From: an uncultured bacterium
GTDB taxonomy: Bacteria > Zixibacteria > MSB-5A5 > UBA10806
Assembly: GCA_965541585.1 (NCBI GenBank)
Contig: CBEUCH010000002.1
Span: 96,001-160,000, forward strand
DNA: 64,000 nucleotides
Reading direction: 5' to 3'
Shown here: in pieces, positions 29,141 through 37,694 of the stretch
Numbering within the stretch: position 1 is the stretch's first letter
Layout: the number at the start of each line of letters is the position of its first letter
Position numbers and translations under genes: made by a program
The notes under the pieces: generated by a model
What the model saw: only the letters and a program-made list of their open reading frames with translations
What the model was told of the DNA's origin: nothing
Databases searched by the model: none

Positions 29141-29401
29141 GAAATTCGTGTGCCGCAATGATTCGGGCGGAATGCGGCCTACCAACATATGATATAGAAA
29201 TAAAAAATACGAACGCGGCTCTGTGTCGCGAACGTGAAAGTTCTTGACAGACGCTAATATATATTCCGATATTTCGTGGCAGAATTCTTCTGAGATTGTA
29301 CTGGACCGCGGGTCAGGCATTCCAATACGCCCGGCGGGAATCGCTTCCAGCTACAGGAGCCACATCGGTAGAGGATCGCTAACTTGCCTGAGGTAAGGCA
29401 C

Positions 29402-30067
29402 ATGATTATGGAAAGAACTTTTATTGCAGCTACAATCTGCCTGCTTTCAGGAGGTAATATCTTTGCACAGGATCCCGGTAGCCAGGATAGTATCATAATC
29501 GAAAGCGTTATAGTCGATTATCCGGTTGAGTCGATTCAAGTTCGCGTCTACGTAGTGACCGATGATCCCGTGGCCTGTTATAATCTCCCGATGAGATTTA
29601 CATCCACAGGGCAGGGTATAAACTTTGCTGATGTAAGATATTTAGCATCCGACTATGATTGGGATGAGAATTATGATGAATTCATGGTTGGGGATGATTA
29701 TTTGAGGATGATTGGATTCCATGATCTCGGCGACGATGATAATCCTCCGTTGCATACAAATTCGATTCGATTACACTACTTAAGTATCGATTTCAATGTC
29801 GAGCCGAGCGCACCCAGCCAGGTTATCTTTATCGATCCGGCAAACGACGATATAAACGGCCCGGTGCTCTTCGGGCTTACCGACGGGATAACCGGCTTTA
29901 CCCCCGCATTCGTCCCCGGCACAATAACCTACATAAGCCCCGCAGACGTTCCCACCCTCTCCGAATGGGGTATGATTATATTAGCGCTATTAATTCTGGC
30001 CACCGGCACAATAGCCGTAATTCGCAGGCGGGAAGAACTTCCCAAAAGAAACAATTATAATGATTGA
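29402..30067 (+). CDS. Single cohesin-like domain protein with IPTL-CTERM sorting signal
   Basis: Signal peptide, a beta-rich domain QDPGSQDS...FTPAFVPGTITY, then VPTLSEWG, a TM helix and RRR. Confidence 0.82.
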   Translation: MIMERTFIAATICLLSGGNIFAQDPGSQDSIIIESVIVDYPVESIQVRVYVVTDDPVACYNLPMRFTSTGQGINFADVRYLASDYDWDENYDEFMVGDDYLRMIGFHDLGDDDNPPLHTNSIRLHYLSIDFNVEPSAPSQVIFIDPANDDINGPVLFGLTDGITGFTPAFVPGTITYISPADVPTLSEWGMIILALLILATGTIAVIRRREELPKRNNYND

Positions 30068-30107
30068 GGCGCCTCGGGTTACAGCACCTAAACGCTCTTA
30101 TCAGAAT

Positions 30108-30755
30108 TCATTTCTGTGCAAGCTCGACGGGTGGCAGGCCGGTAGCGGCAAAAATATCTATATCGATCCTCTGTTTGTCATCGAGCTTCAATATCACAAA
30201 TTGCGGTCGCTTGATACTATACTCCGATAGCAAGATATCGAATGTGCCGACTATATGCAAAAGATCGCCGGGATGGCGCGCCCCGGTGGCCTCGGATTCC
30301 CTTATGTAGGTAACGGTCATAGGCACAACAATCCGTCTGGTTACGCCGTGAACAGAAAAATTACCCTCCAGTTTCAGTTCAACAGGCCTTTGATCCTGCA
30401 GTGTATTCTGAGTAGTTTCGATTACGCGCGTCATCTCGAATACTGTCTTGGGAAACATATCAGTTTCAAGATACTGCTCGCGCATATGCGAATCCCGTAG
30501 TCCGATACCTGTTTTTAAGCTGGTCAGATCTACCTCGATTCTTCCCTCCGTTGAACCCATGACGTCCCCGGGATCGACAGTGACGAATCCCATTACCTCG
30601 CCGGTCTTCCCGACAATTGTCTCCAGGGGTGCCTTGGAAGTGAAAGTCACTATGTCGCGTTTCGTTTCATCGTTGATATGAAATGTTAGGCTATTCTGAG
30701 CGCCGGCTCCGGAGCTGATCAACATTATAATCGGTGCGATTAGAATTTTGCTCAT
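30108..30755 (-). CDS. YceI-family periplasmic protein
   Basis: VDLTSLKTGIGLRDSHM...YLETDMFP and GNFSVHGVTR; signal peptide; GGGAGA SD. Confidence 0.88.
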   Translation of the reverse strand: MSKILIAPIIMLISSGAGAQNSLTFHINDETKRDIVTFTSKAPLETIVGKTGEVMGFVTVDPGDVMGSTEGRIEVDLTSLKTGIGLRDSHMREQYLETDMFPKTVFEMTRVIETTQNTLQDQRPVELKLEGNFSVHGVTRRIVVPMTVTYIRESEATGARHPGDLLHIVGTFDILLSEYSIKRPQFVILKLDDKQRIDIDIFAATGLPPVELAQK

Positions 30756-30892
30756 GGCAGTTCTCCCATTTTTGAGTCTGCGAATCATTCTCAATAACAT
30801 CGATTAATAGAACCCAGCCTTCGACTCTAATGTTCCTTCAGGCTTCATAATTGCCGCTTGACGAAGTTTGTATAATCTCCTAATCTACCGGC

Positions 30893-31570
30893 ATGGCGAG
30901 AATAAGCGTCGACCTGGAGCCGCTATGCCGTCTCTTTCCCGGTGGATCCGACCTTCAGAAGGCATTGGTCAAGAATAGCTTAGCAATCGAATCGGCGGGC
31001 GCTGACGGGGTGGTTGTAAGCACCGGCGAGGGTTACGATGCAGACCGCAAGAAGGCTCTTTCGATTCTGGCGGAAAGCCTCGAAATAAATCTCTCGGTCA
31101 AAACTACTTTAGATGAGCAGTGGATCGAGGCTCTGAGGGAGTTGAAACCGGCCATGGTTATCTTCTCGTTCGACGGGGATGACGATCGGCTCACCGGCGA
31201 TCTGGTTACCAGATTCCAGATCGAGAATATTCTGGTCGGGTGCGAGATCAGGCCTCAAATCGAGCTTGTTAAAACCGTCGGAAGGCTAAAGGGGGATTTT
31301 CTTATATTAGACTGCCAATCCTATTGCCAGGCGGAGACATTAAACGCCCGGGTAGAGGAGTTGAACAAAATCGCCAAAATGGCTGCCCTCGGTTCCAGGC
31401 TCTCTATGGGAGTGGTGGCGTCCGGCGATTTCGACAACCAGCGTCTGCTGAAGCTGGCATCGACGAAAACAATAGAGGAATTCTTTATCGGCCTGCCGAT
31501 TTTCGGCAATTCCCTTATTGGCGGATATAACCAGGCAATTAGATCCATTATCCCCATCATCTCAGATTAA
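30893..31570 (+). CDS. Divergent PdxJ-like (PNP synthase fold) protein, catalytic motifs lost
   Basis: Colinear similarity to PdxJ (ESAGADGVVV, LKP, EELNKIAKMAA, IEEFFIG) without HLREDRRH, TTEGG or AGHG. Confidence 0.75.
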   Translation: MARISVDLEPLCRLFPGGSDLQKALVKNSLAIESAGADGVVVSTGEGYDADRKKALSILAESLEINLSVKTTLDEQWIEALRELKPAMVIFSFDGDDDRLTGDLVTRFQIENILVGCEIRPQIELVKTVGRLKGDFLILDCQSYCQAETLNARVEELNKIAKMAALGSRLSMGVVASGDFDNQRLLKLASTKTIEEFFIGLPIFGNSLIGGYNQAIRSIIPIISD

Positions 31571-31833
31571 ATATAATTGTCAATATTCCCTTCTGATTTT
31601 TAAGTAAAATCAGTGGTTTTTTGATTTACATCGTGCCACATTCCGCTGTCCTGGATTAAAAAGGATCGAATCTTCCGGGAGGCTTTGAGGAACCTTCACA
31701 AATGAAATTAGAGGGAAGTGATTGAAGTGCTTCCCGGAGTTGCCGAATGTTACATTTACCTTGCCTGCCGGAGGGGACTTCTGCATAATGGCATAAGGAT
31801 GGAAATTACAATTATTTTAATAAGGAGTATCTG

Positions 31834-32337
31834 ATGTTCACCACGATTGACCATTTCAAGGCGGCTTGGACGAAGGAGTCCGGGAATACGAGAAAATTCA
31901 TGGAAGCTTTGACAGATGATTCACTGCGCCAGGCGGTAGTAGATGATCATCGCACCCTGGGTCGAATGGCCTGGCACATTGCGCAGTGTATTCCCGAGAT
32001 GGGAAATCAAACCGGCCTGAATGTCAAAGGCCCCGCCGAGAAAGCTCCGGTTCCCGATACCGCTCTAAAGATCAGGGAAGCTTACGATGAAGCGGCATCA
32101 TCCCTGTTAGATGAGGTTACGATCAAATGGCGCGATGAAACTCTGCAAAAAACCGACGAGTTGTACGGCGAAACATGGAAACGCGGCCTGACGCTGCGGA
32201 TCTTAATCGACCACGAGATTCATCATCGCGGGCAGATGACCGTTCTCATGCGCCAGGCGGGGCTGAAGGTGCCCGGAATTTATGGGCCGGCGAAGGAAGA
32301 GTGGGAAAAGTACGGCATGAAGGAGCCGGCGATATAG
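31834..32337 (+). CDS. DinB-family protein
   Basis: RTLGRMAWHI and HEIHHRGQMTVLMRQAGLKVPGIYGP. Confidence 0.92.
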   Translation: MFTTIDHFKAAWTKESGNTRKFMEALTDDSLRQAVVDDHRTLGRMAWHIAQCIPEMGNQTGLNVKGPAEKAPVPDTALKIREAYDEAASSLLDEVTIKWRDETLQKTDELYGETWKRGLTLRILIDHEIHHRGQMTVLMRQAGLKVPGIYGPAKEEWEKYGMKEPAI

Positions 32338-32347
32338 GGGTGAACCT

Positions 32348-33217
32348 ATGAACGATCGGTCTGATTCAAATTTCCCCGGGTTCGGGATGCGTCCTCTGGG
32401 AAGGAAAGGGACGCTGGTAAGCCCGGTCGGCCTGGCGGGGATGGCCGTCGGTAATATCAAGGGGCCGCCCCTGGAAGTTTATCGCTGGGGGTTGAAGAAC
32501 GGCATTAACCTGGCCTTGTGGAGCCCGCTTCACAAAAATCTTACCAGAGCGCTTTTGGAATTATCGGTTCAGGACAGATCGAATCTTTTTATCGTCGCCG
32601 GAATGGGTGGGGGTGGACCCCGCCATATACGCCAATGGATGACAGCAAAATTGAAGTTACTGGGATTGGAAAAATTTTCAAGCTTTTTACTGGGCTGGGT
32701 GCACTCGAGATACAAGGTCCGCGATTCGGTTCTGGATGAGCTGATCTCTTTGAGGGAGGACGGACTTTGTGATAATATCGGGCTTTCCATTCACAAAAGG
32801 CGACTTGCATATGAGATCTACGACAAGGGCGTATTTGATATATTCATGCTCCGATATAACGCCGCACACCGAGGGCTGGAAGAGGATTTTTTCGATAAGC
32901 TTTATCCAGATAGATTACCCGGGGTGATAACCTATACGGCGACCCGCTGGACAAAGCTATTAAAGCGTCCTCCGAAGTGGAATGAAGACCTGCCGCGCCC
33001 GGGCGACATATATCGTTTTCCATTAAGCCATCCGAGGGTTAACGCGGTCTGGATGTCGCCAAAGAGTCTGGCCGAATTGAAATCGAATCTTGAGGTTATT
33101 TCCAAAGGCCCACTAAGACCAGACGAGGACGCCTTCATTCGCCGTTTTGGCGATGCCGTTTACGCCTCCAAGCCCCGCATAATCGGTGATCATTTTGAGC
33201 GGAGCGCAAGGATATGA
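32348..33217 (+). CDS. Aldo/keto reductase-family protein (divergent)
   Basis: RPLGRKGTLVSPVGL, LREDG..DNIGLS.H, MLRYN and LSHP.V. Confidence 0.75.
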   Translation: MNDRSDSNFPGFGMRPLGRKGTLVSPVGLAGMAVGNIKGPPLEVYRWGLKNGINLALWSPLHKNLTRALLELSVQDRSNLFIVAGMGGGGPRHIRQWMTAKLKLLGLEKFSSFLLGWVHSRYKVRDSVLDELISLREDGLCDNIGLSIHKRRLAYEIYDKGVFDIFMLRYNAAHRGLEEDFFDKLYPDRLPGVITYTATRWTKLLKRPPKWNEDLPRPGDIYRFPLSHPRVNAVWMSPKSLAELKSNLEVISKGPLRPDEDAFIRRFGDAVYASKPRIIGDHFERSARI

Positions 33218-33288
33218 AGTGAATTCATCCTTGTTACCAGGCGCCGCTGGGTAACAAGAAGTCAAGTATAGTAATGACCGCGGAGGGC

Positions 33289-33339
33289 CGACACCACGAC
33301 AATACTTATTTGGCCTTGTCGCAAAGCTTCACAAAGGAG
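33289..33339 (+). repeat. Direct repeat, left copy (displaced pepF 3' end)
   Basis: 51 bp matching 35689-35739 with 2 mismatches. Confidence 0.92.
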
Positions 33340-33346
33340 CTTTATT

Positions 33347-33373
33347 GGCAGGTCTCGGAAAGACCTGCCCTAC
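33347..33373 (-). repeat. GTAG-type REP-like palindrome
   Basis: Minus strand reads GTAG-GGCAGGTCT-TTCCG-AGACCTGCC. Confidence 0.55.
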
Positions 33374-33495
33374 TACGTCTCGCAAACACCGAAAACCCTT
33401 GACATTCTCGTAGAATTAGTTATCCATATTAATAGATAAGTGTAATTTTCATCTACGATTGGCAACAAGGATAAATACTTCTTAGAGAGGACGTT

Positions 33496-35601
33496 ATGAA
33501 AAGGGCTAAAATTTTATTACTGGCGATATTTTGCCTGTCATTCGCCGGTTCTGCATTTGCCCAGAACGTCGAGTATGTCTCATCAACCCTCTGGTCGAAT
33601 GTTAGGGATGCAGAAATCGTTGGAGGCTACGCCTATTGCGTATTCCTTAATGGCCTGGTTGTTCTTGATGTATCAGACCCGGCTTCCCCTGCTTTCGTCA
33701 GCCAGCTTTATCTTCAAGGCATGGGAGAAGGCATTGACATTGATGGTAACTATGCCTATGTGGCTGATTGGACTGGTCTGGAGATAATCGACATCAGCGA
33801 CCCCACCCGGCCGAGTTGGGTTGCAGGTTATGACACGCCGCATCATGCTTGGGATGTTTTCATATCAGGCGATTACGCCTTTGTGGCTGATGAATCTTCC
33901 GGCCTGCAGATAATCGACATCAGCGACCCTGCCGAGCCGGGTTGGGTTGGAGATTATGACACGCCGGGTTATGCTTTAGGCGTTTTCGTCTCCGGCGAAT
34001 ACGCCTTTGTGGCTGATAGTTATTCCGGACTGCAGATAATCGACATCAGCAACCCCACTCACCCGAGTTGGGTTGGAGATTACGACGCGCTGGATCGGGC
34101 TCGGGACGTTTTCGTATCGGGCGGATACGCCTATGTGGCTGAGGGCAGTTATGGTCTGCAGATAATCGATGTTAGGGACCCCGCCCAGCCAGCTTGGGTT
34201 GGAGATTATGATACGCCGGGTTATGCTGAGGACGTTTTCGTATCGGGCGATCACGCCTATGTGGCTGATGGCCTTTCCGGTCTGCAGATAATTGACATCA
34301 GCGATCCCGCCCAGCCGGGCTGGGTTGGAGATTATGACACGCCGGGTTCTGCTAGCGGCGTTTTCGTCTCCGGGGAATACGCCTGTGTGGCTGATCATTC
34401 CGGTCTGCAGATAATCGAGATCAGCGACCCCGCCCAGCCGGGTTGGGTCGGAGAGTATGATGCGCCGCGTGGTGTTTATGGTGTTTTCGTCTCCGGCGAT
34501 TACGCCTATGTAGCTAATTACAATTCGGGTCTGCAGATAATCGACATCAGCGACCCTGCCCAGCCGGGTTGGGTTGGAGATTATGACACGCCGGGTTCGG
34601 CTTGGGGCGTTTTCGTAGATGGTGATTACGCCTATGTGGCTGATGCGTTTTCCGGCCTGCATATAATCGACATCAGCGACCCTGCCCAGCCGAGTTGGGT
34701 TGGAGATTACGACACGCCGGATCGGGCTTGGGACGTTTTCGTATCGGGCGATCACGCCTATGTGGCTGATGAAGATTCGGGCCTGCAGATAATCGACGTC
34801 AGCGACCCCGCCCAGCCAGCTTGGATTGGAGATTATGACACGCCGGGTCGAACTCTTGGCGTTTTCGTCTCAGGCGATTACGCCTATATGGCTGATGGCG
34901 ATTCCGGTCTGCTGATAATAGATATCAGCGATCCCGCTCAGCCGGGCTGGGTTGGAGAGTATGACACGCCGGGTTATGCTTTAGGCGTTTTCATATTGGG
35001 CGACTACGCCTATGTGGCTGATGGCGGTTCCGGTCTGCTGATATTCGACATCAGCAACCCCGACCAGCCAGGTTTGGTCAGTGGTTATAATACGCCGGGT
35101 GGCGCTTATGGTGTTTTCGTCTCCGGCGATTACGCCTATGTAGCTGATTACAATTCCGGTCTGCGGATAATCGATATCAGCGACCCTGCCCGGCCGAGTT
35201 GGGTTGGAGATTATGACACGCCGGGTTCGGCTTGGGCCGTTTTCGTAGATGGTGATTACGCTTACGTGGCTGATTGGGCTTCATTAATTATTCTCAGGTT
35301 CGCTCAGACTCATGTTGACCAACCACATAACAAACCCCATAGATTTTCCCTCTCGCAGAACTACCCCAACCCCTTCAACCTCTCCACCACTATTGGCTAT
35401 AGTCTGCCTGAGGCCGGCGATGTCACCATTGACATATACGATTTACTCGGCCGCAAGGTTGAGACGCTTATTTCAGGAAAGCAACCAGCCGGACTTCATT
35501 CAATCCTCTGGGAGGCCGGGGACATGCCCTCGGGGATATATTTCTACAGGATTCAGGCGGGTGATTATGCGCAAGCAAGAAAATGTATTCTTTTGAAATA
35601 A
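33496..35601 (+). CDS. Secreted LVIVD-repeat protein (14 blades) with T9SS/FlgD-like tail
   Basis: Fourteen ~42-aa 'VFVSGDYAYVAD..SGLQIIDISDP..P.WVGDYDTP' units and an NYPNPFN tail. Confidence 0.92.
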   Translation: MKRAKILLLAIFCLSFAGSAFAQNVEYVSSTLWSNVRDAEIVGGYAYCVFLNGLVVLDVSDPASPAFVSQLYLQGMGEGIDIDGNYAYVADWTGLEIIDISDPTRPSWVAGYDTPHHAWDVFISGDYAFVADESSGLQIIDISDPAEPGWVGDYDTPGYALGVFVSGEYAFVADSYSGLQIIDISNPTHPSWVGDYDALDRARDVFVSGGYAYVAEGSYGLQIIDVRDPAQPAWVGDYDTPGYAEDVFVSGDHAYVADGLSGLQIIDISDPAQPGWVGDYDTPGSASGVFVSGEYACVADHSGLQIIEISDPAQPGWVGEYDAPRGVYGVFVSGDYAYVANYNSGLQIIDISDPAQPGWVGDYDTPGSAWGVFVDGDYAYVADAFSGLHIIDISDPAQPSWVGDYDTPDRAWDVFVSGDHAYVADEDSGLQIIDVSDPAQPAWIGDYDTPGRTLGVFVSGDYAYMADGDSGLLIIDISDPAQPGWVGEYDTPGYALGVFILGDYAYVADGGSGLLIFDISNPDQPGLVSGYNTPGGAYGVFVSGDYAYVADYNSGLRIIDISDPARPSWVGDYDTPGSAWAVFVDGDYAYVADWASLIILRFAQTHVDQPHNKPHRFSLSQNYPNPFNLSTTIGYSLPEAGDVTIDIYDLLGRKVETLISGKQPAGLHSILWEAGDMPSGIYFYRIQAGDYAQARKCILLK

Positions 35602-35688
35602 GATAGAGCTCAGTTGTTGGGGGATAAATCCATACGGATCCGCAGGACATGCTCAGGTCTTCGACCAGAGCATGCCACCCGCCCGCGT

Positions 35689-35739
35689 CGACACCACGAC
35701 AATACTTATTTGGCCTTGTCACAAAGCTTCACAAATGAG
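35689..35739 (+). repeat. Direct repeat, right copy (current pepF 3' end)
   Basis: Exactly 2400 bp from the left copy; contains the pepF stop codon. Confidence 0.92.
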
Positions 35740-37526
35740 TCGACATCCGCCAATGAGCGCGCCACTGCATCTCGCCAGAAATCCTCTTTTGTCAGATCGA
35801 CATCCATATGTTTTCCGGCTATATCTTCGGTGGTCATTCTTCCGGTGTCGGCGAGTAAAGCACGGTAATTTTTTGCAAAAGCCGATCCCTCTTTCATGGC
35901 GCGGTCGTAAACGCCGCTGGCGAACAGGAATCCGAAAGTATATGGAAAATTGTAGAATGGAGTTCCCGTTATAAAGAAGTGCAGCTTCGACGTCCAGAAT
36001 AACGGGTGATACCCCTCGTCCTGGTCAAGCAGGCCCATGAAAGCTTCGTTCTGCGCCTCAATCATCATCTCCGAAAGACGTTCTCTTCCGACAATCCCGC
36101 TCTTACGCTCTTCGTAAAACCTGGTGTCGAACAGGTACCGGGTATAGATATTAGCGAAATAGGTGAGGGGCCATTGAAGTTTTTGATCCAGAAGCATCAG
36201 TTTTTCATCGGGGTCGTCCGATATCTCGAAAGCAGCATCGGTGACGCGAAGCTCGTTAAAGATGGAGGCAGTCTCCGCCAGATTCATGGGATATTTCTGA
36301 GCGAACGGTGGCTCGTCCCTCAGAACAAATCCGTGATAGGCGTGTCCCAATTCATGGGCCAGCGTTCCCAGACCGTCGAAGTTACCGGTAAAGGTCATGA
36401 ATATCCTCGATTCCTTCCGGATGGGTATCCTCGAGCACCATCCGCCCGCGCCTTTCCCGGAGCGGTCCTCGGCTTCTATCCAGCGCTTTTCAAGTGCATT
36501 GCGGGAAAATTGGCCCATCTCCGCAGAGAAAGTGTTCAGATGCTCGACGATGAAATCGCCGGCGTCGGTGAAAGAGAATTTCTTCGAGGATTTTCCGAGC
36601 GGCGCAGTTTGATCATACCAGCAAAACTTATCGATGCTTAATAGTTTCATCTTGGCTTTTACATAATCCGCAATCTTTGCCCTGCCTTTTACAATGGCCT
36701 GCCACATGGCATCGAGCGTCTCCCGTTTTAACCGGCTGCCTAATAAAGGTTCGAGAAGCGGGGAATCCCAGTTGCGATTCTTATAGATGGAGAGTCGAAA
36801 ACCTGCCTGTGAATTGAGCGCCATTGCCGCCAGGTTAGCCTGTGGCTCCCAGGCTTTCTCCATTTTTACAAATGCGTCGCGGCGCACTTCTCTTTCCGGC
36901 TCTGACATCCTGGCAGCATTCTGACCGAGAGAGATCTCCTTTTTCTCGCCATTCTCTTCGATTTCAACACGCAGATCCCCGGCCATCTTGTCGTAAAGCC
37001 TGTTCCAGGCGTGATAACCGTTGACGGCCAGCTCCAGCGTCAGCTTTTCCTGGGCCTCCGGCATCTTCAACCTCGCATGATCGCGCATTTCATTCAAAGA
37101 GAAACTGATGGCAGCAATATCTTCTCTCTTAACCAGCCTGGCCCAGGATTCGTCGCTCTGATTTTTGGAAAATGATTCCAGGGTGGCATTGAGCATACTC
37201 CACCTGGAATAATGATCATCGATCTCGGCTTCGATCCTATGGGCCTCATCGTCATTGACATCCTGGCTGGTCAGGCATCCCGCAAAAGCACCGGCTAAGT
37301 GCAATCTCTCATACAGGCTTTGCTGTTCCAGAATCCAGGCGGCCCAATCCCCGATACTTTTATCGCTGTCGAGCTTATCAGGTAACCCTTCAAGAGTCTT
37401 TTTAGCGATATCAAGATCTTCGACGATTTTCATCCTGAAATCGGCGTATTCTTTTGATTTCGATCCTCCCGGGAATATCGATTCTATCTCCCACGTGGGG
37501 GCCTTCTCTTTATCTTGAGGCTTCAT
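35706..37526 (-). CDS. pepF: M3B oligoendopeptidase F
   Basis: TLAHELGHAYH, LAETAS, KLHF and FYNFPYTFG; GGAGGAG SD. Confidence 0.9.
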   Translation of the reverse strand: MKPQDKEKAPTWEIESIFPGGSKSKEYADFRMKIVEDLDIAKKTLEGLPDKLDSDKSIGDWAAWILEQQSLYERLHLAGAFAGCLTSQDVNDDEAHRIEAEIDDHYSRWSMLNATLESFSKNQSDESWARLVKREDIAAISFSLNEMRDHARLKMPEAQEKLTLELAVNGYHAWNRLYDKMAGDLRVEIEENGEKKEISLGQNAARMSEPEREVRRDAFVKMEKAWEPQANLAAMALNSQAGFRLSIYKNRNWDSPLLEPLLGSRLKRETLDAMWQAIVKGRAKIADYVKAKMKLLSIDKFCWYDQTAPLGKSSKKFSFTDAGDFIVEHLNTFSAEMGQFSRNALEKRWIEAEDRSGKGAGGWCSRIPIRKESRIFMTFTGNFDGLGTLAHELGHAYHGFVLRDEPPFAQKYPMNLAETASIFNELRVTDAAFEISDDPDEKLMLLDQKLQWPLTYFANIYTRYLFDTRFYEERKSGIVGRERLSEMMIEAQNEAFMGLLDQDEGYHPLFWTSKLHFFITGTPFYNFPYTFGFLFASGVYDRAMKEGSAFAKNYRALLADTGRMTTEDIAGKHMDVDLTKEDFWRDAVARSLADVDSFVKLCDKAK

Positions 37527-37642
37527 TTCGCAAACTCCTCCGGTTCAAAAAAACGTTTATCAATTGTTATTCAGGTAGATAATAGTGTGCATCCTGAATA
37601 TCAAGGGGAATATTCGTTTCCTGCGGCCAGAGCAACTTCCCA

Positions 37643-37671
37643 CAAAAAAAAGCCCCGACCGGGGCCGGGGC
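37643..37671 (-). terminator. Intrinsic terminator of the lipoprotein/C25 operon
   Basis: gccccg stem followed by a long T-run on the minus strand. Confidence 0.7.
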
Positions 37672-37694
37672 AAAGTCTTCGATCGCGCAAATTG

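Noticed and set aside
33700..35310. Regular ~126-bp repeats as a CRISPR array or DGR template/variable repeats
   Set aside because: They are in-frame LVIVD coding repeats without unique spacers. Differences are not adenine-specific, and no cas or reverse transcriptase gene is in the window.
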